64,000 nucleotides of DNA from Amphiscolops sp. MND2022. Its lineage: Eukaryota. Made by a program: the position numbers and the translations under genes. Positions 52,457 to 64,000 of the stretch are shown one piece after another (the first letter of the stretch is position 1; each line of letters begins with the position of its first letter). The stretch lies in the NCBI GenBank assembly GCA_964187785.1, contig OZ076409.1:71364001-71428000 (forward strand). Reading direction: 5' to 3'. Under the pieces are notes generated by a model, which was not told the DNA's origin, ran no database searches, and was given only the letters and a program-made list of their open reading frames with translations.

Positions 52457-54443
52457 GTGGGCGGGGGTAATTCCCCAACAAAAATTACGGCCGGCGGGTT
52501 GGGTCCTGCCGGACGTTCAAATAGCGCGAAGCATCTAGTAGAAAACAAGGAGTCCTGAAACAGCGATTTTAAAATTGAACCGTTAGAATTTGGTTTTAGA
52601 TTGCATGCGGCCCTAAAATCCCCATACGAATGGAAGTTCCTGCTGGCGTTAAGCAATTGAAATAATATATAAAAAGTTATGGCCCATTTTTGGGTCACCG
52701 AGAAGGTCAAAATGAAGAAAATTTTAACTAAGTTGCTGATAACTCAAAATGTGTTAATTTTTGGACTTTGACTGTGAAACAAGCTTGGAACCTTCATTTC
52801 GTGGCTGTGGCATTGCACTGAACACAAAAGATGTAGAGTTTTCACATTTTTTGAAAATTCGACAATTTTGAATTTTTTTTCACTACTATCAGTACACTAT
52901 ATGTCAAAAACACCTCTGAAAAATTTTTTTATATGCTTAAATTTAGAAACCTCGGCATCCATGGTTTCCGTCAGTACCTACTCGCTGCCAAACACTCAAC
53001 AGTTTGCATCCAATGTGAAAATAAAATTTTTTTCGAGGTCTTAGGTGTTTCACAAGGATTTCTCAACTTAGTATCAATTTACAAATTGGTCATTTTGAAT
53101 ACATTATTTTCATCGAAGCGTGTCATATACCGCCCTAATGCTCACGAACGGGCCTACTGGCAACGTTGGAACCATTTATAGTAATAAAAAGTTTAAAAAA
53201 AAATTTTTCACCCCGTCTTCAGTCATTTTACACACTTTCGGAACTTAACTTAGAAAAATTTCAACCAAAAACCCATTTTTTGTCAAGTCGAAAATTCAAA
53301 TTCAGCTTTTTAAGCAAAATAAATAAATCTGACATAACCAGTGGGGCCCATGAAACTCAAAACCACGATTGAGACTGGTATCAATGGCTCCAATAACATA
53401 TGAGTCGCGATAAGACGCTATTTTGAGCAAAACATCTCAATTGAGGTAAAGATCTCGCAAGCCAGCGATCACTGTGAAATGTGATTTCATCAAAAATTTA
53501 CTCTTTTTTGTCAATCACTATGTGCACAGAATGCGTAGGGTGCGTTTCAGCACTATAATGAGGTTTTTGAAGGCATCGAGTTGCTCAAGGGGTGGTATGA
53601 GACATTTTTGTCCCATATACTACTGTAGTTTCCAAATTTTTACCCCAATATCTGGAAATACAAACTTGACAAAATACTTTCAACTACTTTATTCAAAGGT
53701 TACAATATAGATGAACACTGTGGTTGATAAGAAACTTTCATCTCTTTCGTTTTCGGAAATATTTCCGTTCGCATGTGTTACATTCATAGCAGAAAAAAAA
53801 ATCGAAACTGAAAAATACGCGATTTTGCTGATATAGAATCGCAATGATTGTGCCTAAAAACTCTTTAAACACTTCTAACGCAACCTTACGCACCCAAAAT
53901 GATCGAAAATGCTATTCACAATGGTGACATGTGCTCTTTCTACGATCCTGGCTGGACAAGGTTTGCATATTTTTCAAGTACCTGTCAGCTAAATCTTGTG
54001 ATAGCCTTTTCAGTTGGCCTTGTGTCAACTTGGGAAGGCTATCACATCAAAAAACCATCAACAAAAATCATTTTTGTTTATTGGATCTTACAGTCGATAC
54101 TTTTTTTCGTGATTCTATACTACCGTTAGTATATTTCATCAGGTCACCTTACGATTGCATTCAGTCTTTGATAAAAACCTATGAACTCAAAGTCACATTT
54201 ATATTTTTTTTGCCAGAAAATAACATCAAAAATATCTAAAATATATAAAATAGAGTCTTTAACATTTTTACGTTTCAAGTTTTTGCCGTTATTAGGCCAA
54301 TCAACGTCCTAAAGCCACATCCTGCCACATACTGTACAACGCCACATAGTGTTGCGACGTGCACAGTCTGTGGGCATGCCGAGGCATGCCCTTCGACGAC
54401 GTATGCCGAATACCGCGGGCCTACGCCCGCGCTCCTCGGCTAG
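52457..54443 (+). mobile_element. Cassette 23, family F (1987 bp)
   Basis: Closest to cassette 14 by eye. Type-2 hairpin at 53998-54045. Confidence 0.87.
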
Positions 54444-55748
54444 GTGGCCACGACCATGGTTTCTTGCGTATCTTGTCGAATCTTTTGTCGTTGCCGGCCG
54501 GGGAGGGACCCGTTTGCCGGCGTGTGTAGTGTGGGGCCCCCATACCCAAAAAGTGGTATTTTTTTCAGAGATCTCAAAATCGGCCCGTCAGAATTGCCTG
54601 AAATTTGGCATGAGGCTCCCAATTGGGGAAAAAATAAGAAGTGTAGGAGGCGACTTGTTCGGGTAAATATTGTATGTTGACTTTTGGCCAAAATAGTGTT
54701 CCCCCCCAACATGGGCAAAATCACATGAGGTGTAAAAATATGATCACAACTTTTGAACCTTTGGATTTAGCGGTACGGTCGTGGACCACATTAAGCAAGA
54801 GCTTTGGTGAGCGGGTAGGATAGATGGGTTTTGATCCCAGTACCTTCAACCACTTTTGAGAAATTAACGTTTCAAACAAACATCCGGGAGGTATCTGTTG
54901 CCCCTGAAGGCAGGTTTTTCGCCATTTTCAATGTGAAGGAGTGGGTTTAGCGCAACGTGTGTGGGGTGCTTTTTTGTTGCCCGTGTGCGGAGCGTTGTAT
55001 AGAGGTGCTGGTTGTTGAAATTGGAAAAGTTGGTAAAAAGTTATACCTATACCCCCCCTACTGTCTCTGCCATTCAATTTTTTTTTTCAACTTCAGGCCT
55101 CCCAAAGGTGAGAAACTTCCACACAACTAGTATTGCAAGTGAATGCATGTGGAAAGTACTCGGATAGACGAGAAAAATGAGCTATAGAACGACTCTGTAG
55201 CTTAACTTGACGTTGACTTATGACATTTTGAGTGTGAGCTTGCTATGTGAGAGAAAAATTCAAAATTGAAAATCGAAGCTAAGTCTCATCCAAAACTCAT
55301 CGAAATACGTTCAATCCATCCCAAAGCGGATTAATTCCAGATATATAGTGCAGCAACACTATTCAAGACCATTTGACACAAATTTACTAGTTTTGACATT
55401 GTATTATTCATCCGAGAGCACAAAACAGTTGGGTACATTCCATCTCCCTTTCGGGGGAGATGAGAATGTACCCGCTAAATGACACGCACCATGGCCTAAT
55501 TTTTACCTTTATGCGACGTTTTCTAGGCTTTCGCGCAAGCCCACTAATATTTAGACTGGTTTCTTTCTCTTTCACTCCAAACATTCCGTCCGTACTAACC
55601 ACCTTACACACCACCAGCAGCTCAACGACACATCTGTAACGTCAACGCCACATACTTGCATCAACGCCCACCGTCCGTGGGCATGCCGAGGCATGCCCTT
55701 CGACGACGTATGCCCGTTGTCACAACAGGGCGCCCCCATTCCCGCTAG
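54444..55748 (+). mobile_element. Cassette 24, family L (1305 bp)
   Basis: Paralogue of cassette 20 with different neighbours on both sides. Type-1 hairpin at 55431-55473. Confidence 0.87.
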
Positions 55749-58410
55749 GTGGTCAGTGCTGTTGCGTTCATTTTTTTCCGGCCGTGGGGGAGGGCCCCTC
55801 TGAGGCCGGTCATTTTTCAGGTAACAGCTTTCTTATACAAAAAAGCGGGAAAAAACCTCAGTGCTCAAATCCCAACCGTCAGAATGAGCTGAAATTTGGC
55901 ATGTAGCTAGTGCATTGCAAATGATTAGGATGGGTTATAACGCTATGTTTGGCAAAATTGGTTTTGTTGCATTTTTTTTGTCATATAGGGCCAAAAATGG
56001 CCTTTTTTGCGTATTTTTTGCTTGACAAGCTAATAGCTCGCGTTGGGTTGGTACTAGCGATACGGGTGTGGGGTATGGAATTGTTATATTACCAAGTACC
56101 TTGCTGATTACGTTATTTGATTTCCGCCCACATCACCCCCCACGCCGGAAATGCCCAATTTGTCACTTCCGGTCGCAATTTTTGACTTTTTTGGATGGAG
56201 TCAAAACCCATTTCCGGTGTGAAGGAGTGGGTTGAGCGCTTCGACCCCAATATACTAAAAGTAGGTTTAGACAAAGTCCTATTAGGAAAAAAGTAATGTA
56301 AGCCCGTACCTATCACCCCCTCACTGGAAATAGGGGTCACGCCTCCTTTTTCTGTGTTGCAAAAGTGACATGTGCACATTTGTCCAACTCCGAAGCCCCG
56401 GAGCACTGTGGGACCCTCATACTTTCTAAACACCTATCCCACACGCTACCGGAAGTGACCGGAAGTTACACCGGAAATGACATCCTTGGACCGGAAATGG
56501 TCAAAAAGGGACTTTTTCAATAAAAAATAGACACTTTTGGTGCAATTTTTAGGCAAAAAGCATAATTCGTGATACGCTTGTTGCAGTTGAAAGGGCCATT
56601 GTTCAGCAAGAATGCATACAGCATTACGTAGCACATCAAGTGGTTGATAATTTTTCGTCCATAATATCCATAGGACCGGAAATGGCCATTTTTGAATCGG
56701 AAATTTCTTCAGCTTGATTTTTAACAAGTTTTTCCACAATGTTAGTGTAGGAATTGCTCGTCGGATGCTTTAGGTCTATTTTAAAACTAGCTGACTGCTT
56801 CTTAGAAATGTATTTCAGAAATCCCAACCAATTCCAGATTACCGCAAATGGGAGTAATTGCCTCCTTTATGACCTTTGAATGATAAATTGTTAAAATCCG
56901 CAAATTATTTTATTCCAAAACTGTTGCTCAGGTTATATCTAAGCAATCACATCTGCTTGTTTTGAAGTGCTGTATTGTGGGAGATACAATAAATGCTTTT
57001 TAATAGTAATACATACGTGATATTCGCCGCAATAAAGATTTTTCAAATCAACCATTTTGAAGTCCTACTGGTGTTCCGCACACCCGAAATAATTTAAGTT
57101 TCTAGTTTCAATTTTCAGGCTTCCGCGACTATTGAGTTGAGATGATAGTTTTCACGTTCTCTGCAAAACGAGCATTTCATTGTGTATGTGACATTTATTG
57201 GGTTGTTTCACATGGTAATTCAAAACTAATTGATCATACAATTTAGAACAATTGAAAATTTTCAATTGAACAATAAATGTTTTAATAATTTCTCTTTCGT
57301 TAAAGATACTCTTTTGTGGCCATTAGAACAGGTTGAATTGGTTGAAAAAGTAACCAGTGCGATACATCGTTTAATACATAGCGTTTGACATCGTTTTCTT
57401 GCGAACAAAGACAAGCATGATTTGTTGGAAGTTTTTACCATATCGCTTCAAATCGATCGTGACAAACAATGAATTTCTCGTTTTAATTGCTACTTCGAAA
57501 GCAGCCTGAAAACGCAAATCGATCTATTGAGTTATGGAGATGCAACTAAGCATTTCAAGTCTGGGTTTCAATTTAATTTTATCACTCCGGACTATTTTTA
57601 TGTCGCAAAAGTGATAAAGGGTGTTAGCAAGGTTAAAAACTTCGAACAATTTTAAAAATAATGCCTCCGGAAAGGGAAGAAAAATGAGTTTTCCTGTCAA
57701 AACAATGATAACCACGTACGAAACATCAAGTATTTGTATTGTTCAATAGTCCAAAACATGAATGAAGTTTTTAAATATCCAAGAGTTTCTAATCAAGCAT
57801 GCGTTTCAAATGTCTCACAGGGCAGCATCGTTTTCAAAAAACAGTGCTTTCAATGTGGTTTCATACCAGCAAAACGAACGCAGGCACAACCACTTTCTCA
57901 AAATTCTTGCACAACAACCAATTTCTTTGAAAATCCTATTTGATTCCTCAAGGTGTATGGTGAGAACCCTGTTGGGTTCCAAAGTTGATGTGCTGTTTTC
58001 TTGGGTTTGCGGGATAAGTTACAACGGAAATCTGAAAGCAGGTCGTCTCAATAAAATACCTGTTGCTCTTTAAACGATTGGACTTAAGTAGTCGAAATTT
58101 ATTCTCAGACACTTTCGATCAGAGAATGTTTGAGTCCTAACGTTTGCTCGACTCTCTTGGATAAGGCAACAATAGTTTACTAATCTGTACTCGTGGAAAA
58201 AAGTCAACTGCCGGGTCAAAAACAATCTGTATGTAACTTTTCTCTCGTGCAAAGTTATTTTTTACCCCCTCTGACTCAACTATAGCATGTACGTAATGAA
58301 ACCAATAACACCTTCAACTGTTAATCAACGCCCACCGTCCGTAGGCATGCCGAGGCATGCCTTTCGACGACGCGCGCCGAAAACAATATAACGGCGCCAC
58401 CCGCTTCTGG
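55749..58410 (+). mobile_element. Cassette 25, family M (2662 bp)
   Basis: Ends CTGG. Lacks a ~408-bp segment present in cassette 26. Confidence 0.85.
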
Positions 58411-61400
58411 GTGGTCAGTGCTGTTGCGTTCATTTTTTTCCGGCCGTGGGGGAGGGCCCCTCTGAGGCCGGTCATTTTTCAGGTAACAGCTTTCTTATAC
58501 AAAAAAGCGGGAAAAAACCTCAGTGCTCAAATCCCAACCGTCAGAATGAGCTGAAATTTGGCATGTAGCTAGTGCATTGCAAATGATTAGGATGGGTTAT
58601 AACGCTATGTTTGGCAAAATTGGTTTTGTTGCATTTTTTTTGTCATATAGGGCCAAAAATGGCCTTTTTTGCGTATTTTTTGCTTGACTAGCTAATAACT
58701 CGCGTTGGGTTGGTACTAGCGATACGGGTGTGGGGTATGGAATTGTAAGAATACCAAGTACCTTGCTGATCACGTTATTTGATTTCCGCTCACATCACCC
58801 CCCACGCCGGAAATGCCCAATTTGTCACTTCCGGTCGCAATTTTTGACTTTTTTGGATGGAGTCAAAACCCATTTCCGGTGTGAAGGAGTGGGTTGAGCG
58901 CTTCGACCCCAATATACTAAAAGTAGGTTTAGACAAAGTCCTATTAGGAAAAAAGTAATGTAAGCCCGTACCTATCACCCCCTCACCGGAAATAGGGGTC
59001 ACGCCTCCTTTTTCTGTGTTGCAAAAGTGACATGTGCACATTTGTCCAACTCCGAAGTGCCCCGGAGCACTGTGGGACCCTTATACTTTCTAAACACCTA
59101 TCCCACACGCTACCGGAAGTGACCGGAAGTTTCACCGGAAATGACATCCTTGGACCGGAAATGGTCAAAAAAGGACTTTTTCAATAAAAAATAGACACTT
59201 TTGGTGCAATTTTTAGGCAAAAAGCATAATTCGTGATACGCTTGTTGCAGTTGAAAGGGTCATTGTTCAGCAAGAATGCATACAGCATTACGTAGCACAT
59301 CAAGTGGTTGATAATTTTTCGTCCATAATATCCATAGGACCGGAAATGGCCATTTTTGAATCGGAAATTTCTTCAGCTTGATTTTTAACAAGTTTTTCCA
59401 CAATATTAGTGTAGGAATTGCTCGTCGGATGCTTTAGGTCTATTTCAAAACTAGCTGACTGCTCCCTAGAAATGTATTTCAGAAATCCCAACCAATTCCA
59501 GATTACCGGAAATGGGAGTAATTGCCTCCTTTATGACCTTTGAATGATAAATTGTTAAAATCCGCAAATTATTTTTTTCCACACTTGTTGCTGAGATTAT
59601 ATCTAAGCAATAACATGTGCTTGTCATGAAGTGCTGTAATGTGGGAGTTACGAATATTGCTATTTAAGAGTATTACATACGTGAATATCCGCCGTAATAA
59701 AGATTTTTTAAAACAACCACTTTTGAAGTCCTATAGATTGTCCGCACACCCGAAACAATTCAAGTTTCTAGTTTCGATTTTAAGGCTTCCGCGACTATTT
59801 AGTTGAGATGATAGTTTTCACGTTCTCTGCAAAACGTGCATTTCATTGTGTTTTTGACATTTATTGGGCTGTTTCACATTGTAATTCAAAACTAATTGAT
59901 CATACAATTTGGAACAATTGAAAATTTTCAATTGAACATTAAATGTTTTAATAGTTTCTCTTTCGTTGAAGATACTATTTTGTGGCCATTAGAACAGGTT
60001 GAATTAGTTGAATAAGTAGCCAGTGCGATACATCGTTTAATACATAGCGTTTGACATCGGTTTTTTTGCGAACAAAGACAAGCATGATTTGTTGAAAGTT
60101 TTTACCATATCGCTTCAAATCGGGTGTGACAAACAAGGAATTTCTCGTTTTATGTGCTACTCCGAAAGCAACCTGAAAACGCAAATCGATCTATTGAATT
60201 ATCGAGATGAAACTAAGCATTTCAAGTCTGGATTTCAATTTAATTCTATCACTCCGGTCTATTTTTATGTCGCAAGAGTGATAAAGCGTGTTAGCAAGGT
60301 TAAACACATCGAACAATTTTAATAATAAAGCCTCCGGAAAGGGAAGAAAAAATGAGTTTTCCTGTCAAAACTATGATAACCACGTACGAAACATCAAGTT
60401 TTTGTATTGTTCAATAGTCCAAAACGTGAATGAAATTTTTTAAATATCCAAGCGTTTCTAATCAAGCATGCGTTTCAAATGTCTGACAGGGCAGCATCGT
60501 TCTCAAAAAACATTGCTTTCAATGTGGTTTGATACCAGCAAAACGAACGTAGGCACAACCAGATTCTCAAATTTCTTGCAAAACAGCCGATTTCTTTGAA
60601 AATCCTAATTGATTTCACAGGGTATATGGTGAAACCCTGTTGGATTCCAAAAATGAAAAGCTGATTTCTTGGGTTTGCGAGATAAAAGACAACGGGAATC
60701 TGAAAGCAAGTCATCTCAATAAAATACCTGTTGCTCTTTAAACAAATGGACTTTAGTAGTCGAAATTTTTTCTCAGACCTTTTCGATCAGAGAATGTTTG
60801 AGTCCTAACGTTCGAATCAGGTTGGTTTCAGGTGGCTCGAAGTGCCAGCTGAACCAACCTTTCAAATAAAGAAAAACCCCACATCTCCCTTCATGCCACG
60901 CTACCCCGTATAGCGTTTCAACTTGACAGAAGTTGGAACGTTTGATTTTGGCGTCGCTTGGGATTGACACACCAGTGTTGATACTAAATTTGGCAAAGAG
61001 AAATCGCAGAAATGATTGTTTCTTTTTTTCCCTTTGATTTAGTCTGTCGAGCGTACAAAGCAGTTTGGGAAACTAACTTGCATTTCCACTGAACGAAAAA
61101 AAGTAGTAGCCTTGCAAACTCCTGGAAGAAATTGAATCAGGTTTTCCTATTTGTGAGATCAGCTGTCACTCAATTATCAATTACTTTTTTAAAAATTTTT
61201 AGGAACAACTAACCTAACTCTGCTCGACTCTCTTGAATAATGCAACAATCGTTTACTGATCTGTACTCGTGAGAAAAAAATCAACTGCAGGTCCAAAAAC
61301 AATCTATATATCTTTGGTTTATTCCGTGCAAAGCTTTTTTTCACACCATGTGACTCAACTATAACATGTATGTAATGAAACCAATAACACCTTCAACTAT

Positions 61401-61485
61401 CAACGCCCACCGTCCGTAGGCATGCCGAGGCATGCCTTTCGACGACACGCGCCGGAAACAATCTAACGGCGCCACCCGCTTCTGG
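58411..61485 (+). mobile_element. Cassette 26, family M (3075 bp)
   Basis: Ends CTGG. Type-4 hairpin at 60820-60859. Confidence 0.85.
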
Positions 61486-63467
61486 GTGGGCGGGGGTAAT
61501 TCCCCTTCAAAAAATTCGGCCGGCGGGTTGGGTCCTGCCGGACGTCAAATAGTGTGAAACATCCAGTAGGAAACGGCGACATTTATCAGCGATTTTAAAA
61601 TTGAACCGTTAGAATTTGGACTTGGAGTGCATGCGGGCCCAAAATGCCCATACGAATCGAAGTTCCTGCTGACGTTAAGCGATAAAAACACTTTATAAAA
61701 AGTTATGGCCCATTTTACGTTCACTTAGAGAGGTAAAATGAGGAAAATTTTAACAAAGTTGCTGATAACTCAAAATACATTAATTTTTGGACTTTGACTG
61801 TGAAACAAGCTTGGAACCTTCATTTCGTGGCTGTGGCATTGCACTGAACACAAAAGATGTAAAGTTTTCACATTTTTTGAAAATTCGACATTTTTGAATT
61901 TTTTTCACTACTATCAGTACACTATATGTCAAAAACACCTCAGAAAAAAATTTTTATTTGCTTAAATTTAGAAACCTCGGTATCCATGGTTTCCGTCAGT
62001 ACCTACTCGCAGTCAAACACTCAACAAATTGCATCCAATGTGAAAATAAAATTTTTTTCGGGGTCATAAGCGTTTCACAAGGATTTCTCAACTTAGTATT
62101 AATTTACAAAATGGTCATTTTGAACACAATATTTTCATCGAGGCTTGTCGGCTATAGCCTTAATGTTCTAGAACGGTCCCACTGGCAACGTAGGAACCAT
62201 TTATAGTAATAGAAAGTTTTAAAAAAATTTTTCATCCGGTCTTCAGTCATTTTTCAGTCATTCGGAACTTAACTTAGAAAAATTTCGACCAAAATACCCA
62301 TTTTTTGTCAGGTCGAAAATTCAAATTCAGATTTTTAAGCAAAATTATTAACTCTGACGTAACCCATGGGGCCCATGATACTCAAAACAACAATTGACAC
62401 TGGTATCAATGGCTCCAATAACATATGAGTCGCGATAAGACGTTATTTTGAGCAATACGTCTCAATTGAGGTAAAGATCTCGCAAGCCAGCGATCACTGT
62501 GAAATGTGATTTCATCAAAAATTTACTCATTTTTGTCAATCACTATGTGCACAGAATGCGTAGGGTGCGTTTCAGCACTATAATGAGGTATTTGAAAGCA
62601 TCGAGTTGCTCAAGGGGTGGTATGAGACCTTTTTGTCCCATATACTTCTGTATTTTCCAAAATTTTTAGCCCAATATCTGGAAATACAAACATGACAAAA
62701 TACTTTCAACTACTTTATTCAAAGGTTACAATATAGATGAACACTGTGGTTGATCAGAAACTTTCATCTCTTTCGTTTTCCGAAATATTTCCCTTCGCAT
62801 GTGTTACATTTGTAGCAGAAAAAAAATCGATACAGAAAAATACGCTATTTTGCTAATATAGAATCGCAATGATTGTGCCTAAAAACTCTTTAAACACTTC
62901 TAACGCGACCTTACGCACCCAAAAAGATCGAAAAGGCTATTCACAATGGTGACTTGTGCTCTTTCAACGATCCTGACTGAACAATTTTCGCAAATTATTC
63001 AAGTACCTGTTAACTGAATCTCGTGATAGCCTTTTAAGTTGGCCTTGTGTCAACTTGGGAAGGCTATCACATCAAAAAATTTTCAACAAAAATACTTTTT
63101 GTTTATTGAAAATGACAGTCGATATATAATTTCGTGATTCTATGCTACCGTTAGTACCTTCCATTAAGTCACCTGACGATTGCATTCAGTCTTTGATAAA
63201 TACCTATGAACTCGAAGTCATATTTATAAATTTTTTGCTAAAAATAAACATCAAAATTATCCAAATTTATTAAAATTGAGTCTTTATTGTTTTTGTTTTT
63301 CTTTTTCTACTGTTATTAGGCCCATCAACTTCCTACAGCCACGCTCTCTGTCATACTGTACAACGCCACATAGTGTTGCGACGTGCACGGTCTGTGGGCA
63401 TGCCGAGGCATGCCCTTCGACGACGTATGCCGAATACCGCGGGCCTACGCCCGCGCTCCCCGGCTAG
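61486..63467 (+). mobile_element. Cassette 27, family F (1982 bp)
   Basis: Same head variant as cassette 10. Type-2 hairpin at 63023-63070. Confidence 0.87.
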
Positions 63468-64000
63468 GTGGGCGGGGGTAATTCCCCAACAAAAAAATCG
63501 GCCGGCGGGTCGGGTCCTGCCGGCCGTCCAAAATCAAAATCCTCCTAGTAGAAAACGGCATGTCAAACGAGCTATTTTTTTATTTAACCGTTAGAATTTG
63601 GGTTTAGATTGCATGCGGCCATGAAATGGCCATACGAATGGAAGTTCCTGCTGACGTTTTGCGATTGAAACACTTTATAAAAAGTTATGGCCAATTTGTC
63701 ATTCACCTAGAAGGGCAAAATGAGGAAAATTTTAACAAAGTCACTGATAACTCAAAATGTAATAATTTTTGGACTTTGACAGTGAAACAAGCTTGGAACT
63801 GTCATTTCGTGGCTGTGGCATTGCACTGAACACAAAAGATGTAAAGTTTTCACATTTTTTGAAAATTCGACATTTTTGAATTTTTTTTCACTACTATCAG
63901 TACACTATATGTCAAAAACGCCTCTGAAAAAAATTATTATTTGCTTAAAATTAGAAACCTTGGTATCCATGGTTTCCGTCAGTACCTACTCGCTGCCAAA
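63468..64000 (+). mobile_element. Cassette 28 (partial), F- or I-type head
   Basis: Same head as cassettes 13, 15 and 22. Cut off by the window edge. Confidence 0.8.

Larger units (their letters stand above)
5478..64000 (+). mobile_element. Head-to-tail array of 28 non-autonomous cassettes joined at CTRG|GTGS
   Basis: Junction CTRG starts at 5474, 6741, 9117, 10389, 11659, 13048, 14451, 15840, 17231, 19916, 21899, 23874, 26665, 28652, 30635, 35396, 37371, 38441, 39511, 44401, 45705, 47692, 52453, 54440, 55745, 58407, 61482 and 63464. Similarity between family members starts and stops at these sites. Confidence 0.9.

Noticed and set aside
57249..57268. 20-bp palindrome CAATTGAAAATTTTCAATTG in both M copies
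   Set aside because: AT-rich and seen in only two closely related copies, so there is no independent evidence of function.
5390..63470. CRISPR array, with the palindromic module as repeat
   Set aside because: Intervening sequences are 1-5 kb, recur as families, and there are no cas genes.
5422..63829. Short ORFs in the track, including recurring peptides such as VGMPRHALRRRM and MIENAIHNGD
   Set aside because: They are translations of repeated DNA motifs. Frames and stops differ between paralogues, several cross junctions, and I recognise no domains.
5478..64000. True bacterial integron
   Set aside because: No tyrosine integrase, no GTTRRRY/RYYYAAC attC cores seen at the junctions, and no cassette ORFs. 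The similarity is organisational only.
5478..64000. Simple satellite DNA or assembly artefact
   Set aside because: Unit order is non-periodic, paralogues differ by many substitutions, and junctions are precise between dissimilar families. Long-read confirmation is still advisable.

Overview
AT-rich, eukaryotic-looking, almost entirely non-coding DNA. It opens with the 3' end of a long ORF (frame open from base 1, stop at 810) carrying the C-terminal PIF1-family helicase motifs followed by a degenerate SLX1-like GIY-YIG domain, the architecture expected at the end of a Helitron-like rolling-circle transposase. A 3' region follows with a perfect hairpin, a 296-bp tandem repeat and a (TG)n tract, and the element appears to end at CTAG 5474-5477. 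From 5478 to the window end is an uninterrupted, single-orientation, head-to-tail array of 27 complete and 1 partial non-coding cassettes of 1.07-4.9 kb, falling into about 13 families in shuffled order. All 28 junctions have the core CTRG|GTGS with no intervening host DNA. Cassettes with dissimilar bodies share one architecture: a 5' stem-loop with covarying arms, a CCGTHRGA / TTTGCATG-type box, a long bulged internal hairpin (four unrelated sequence types) and, at 24 of 28 junctions, a 3' module containing RGGCATGCCGAGGCATGCCY, which is also a 19/20 match to the p53 response-element consensus. My best reading, which is inference, is a self-targeting array of non-autonomous rolling-circle elements built behind an autonomous-type element, organised like an integron cassette array. 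Family labels A-M are my own by-eye groupings, and coordinates were counted by hand.
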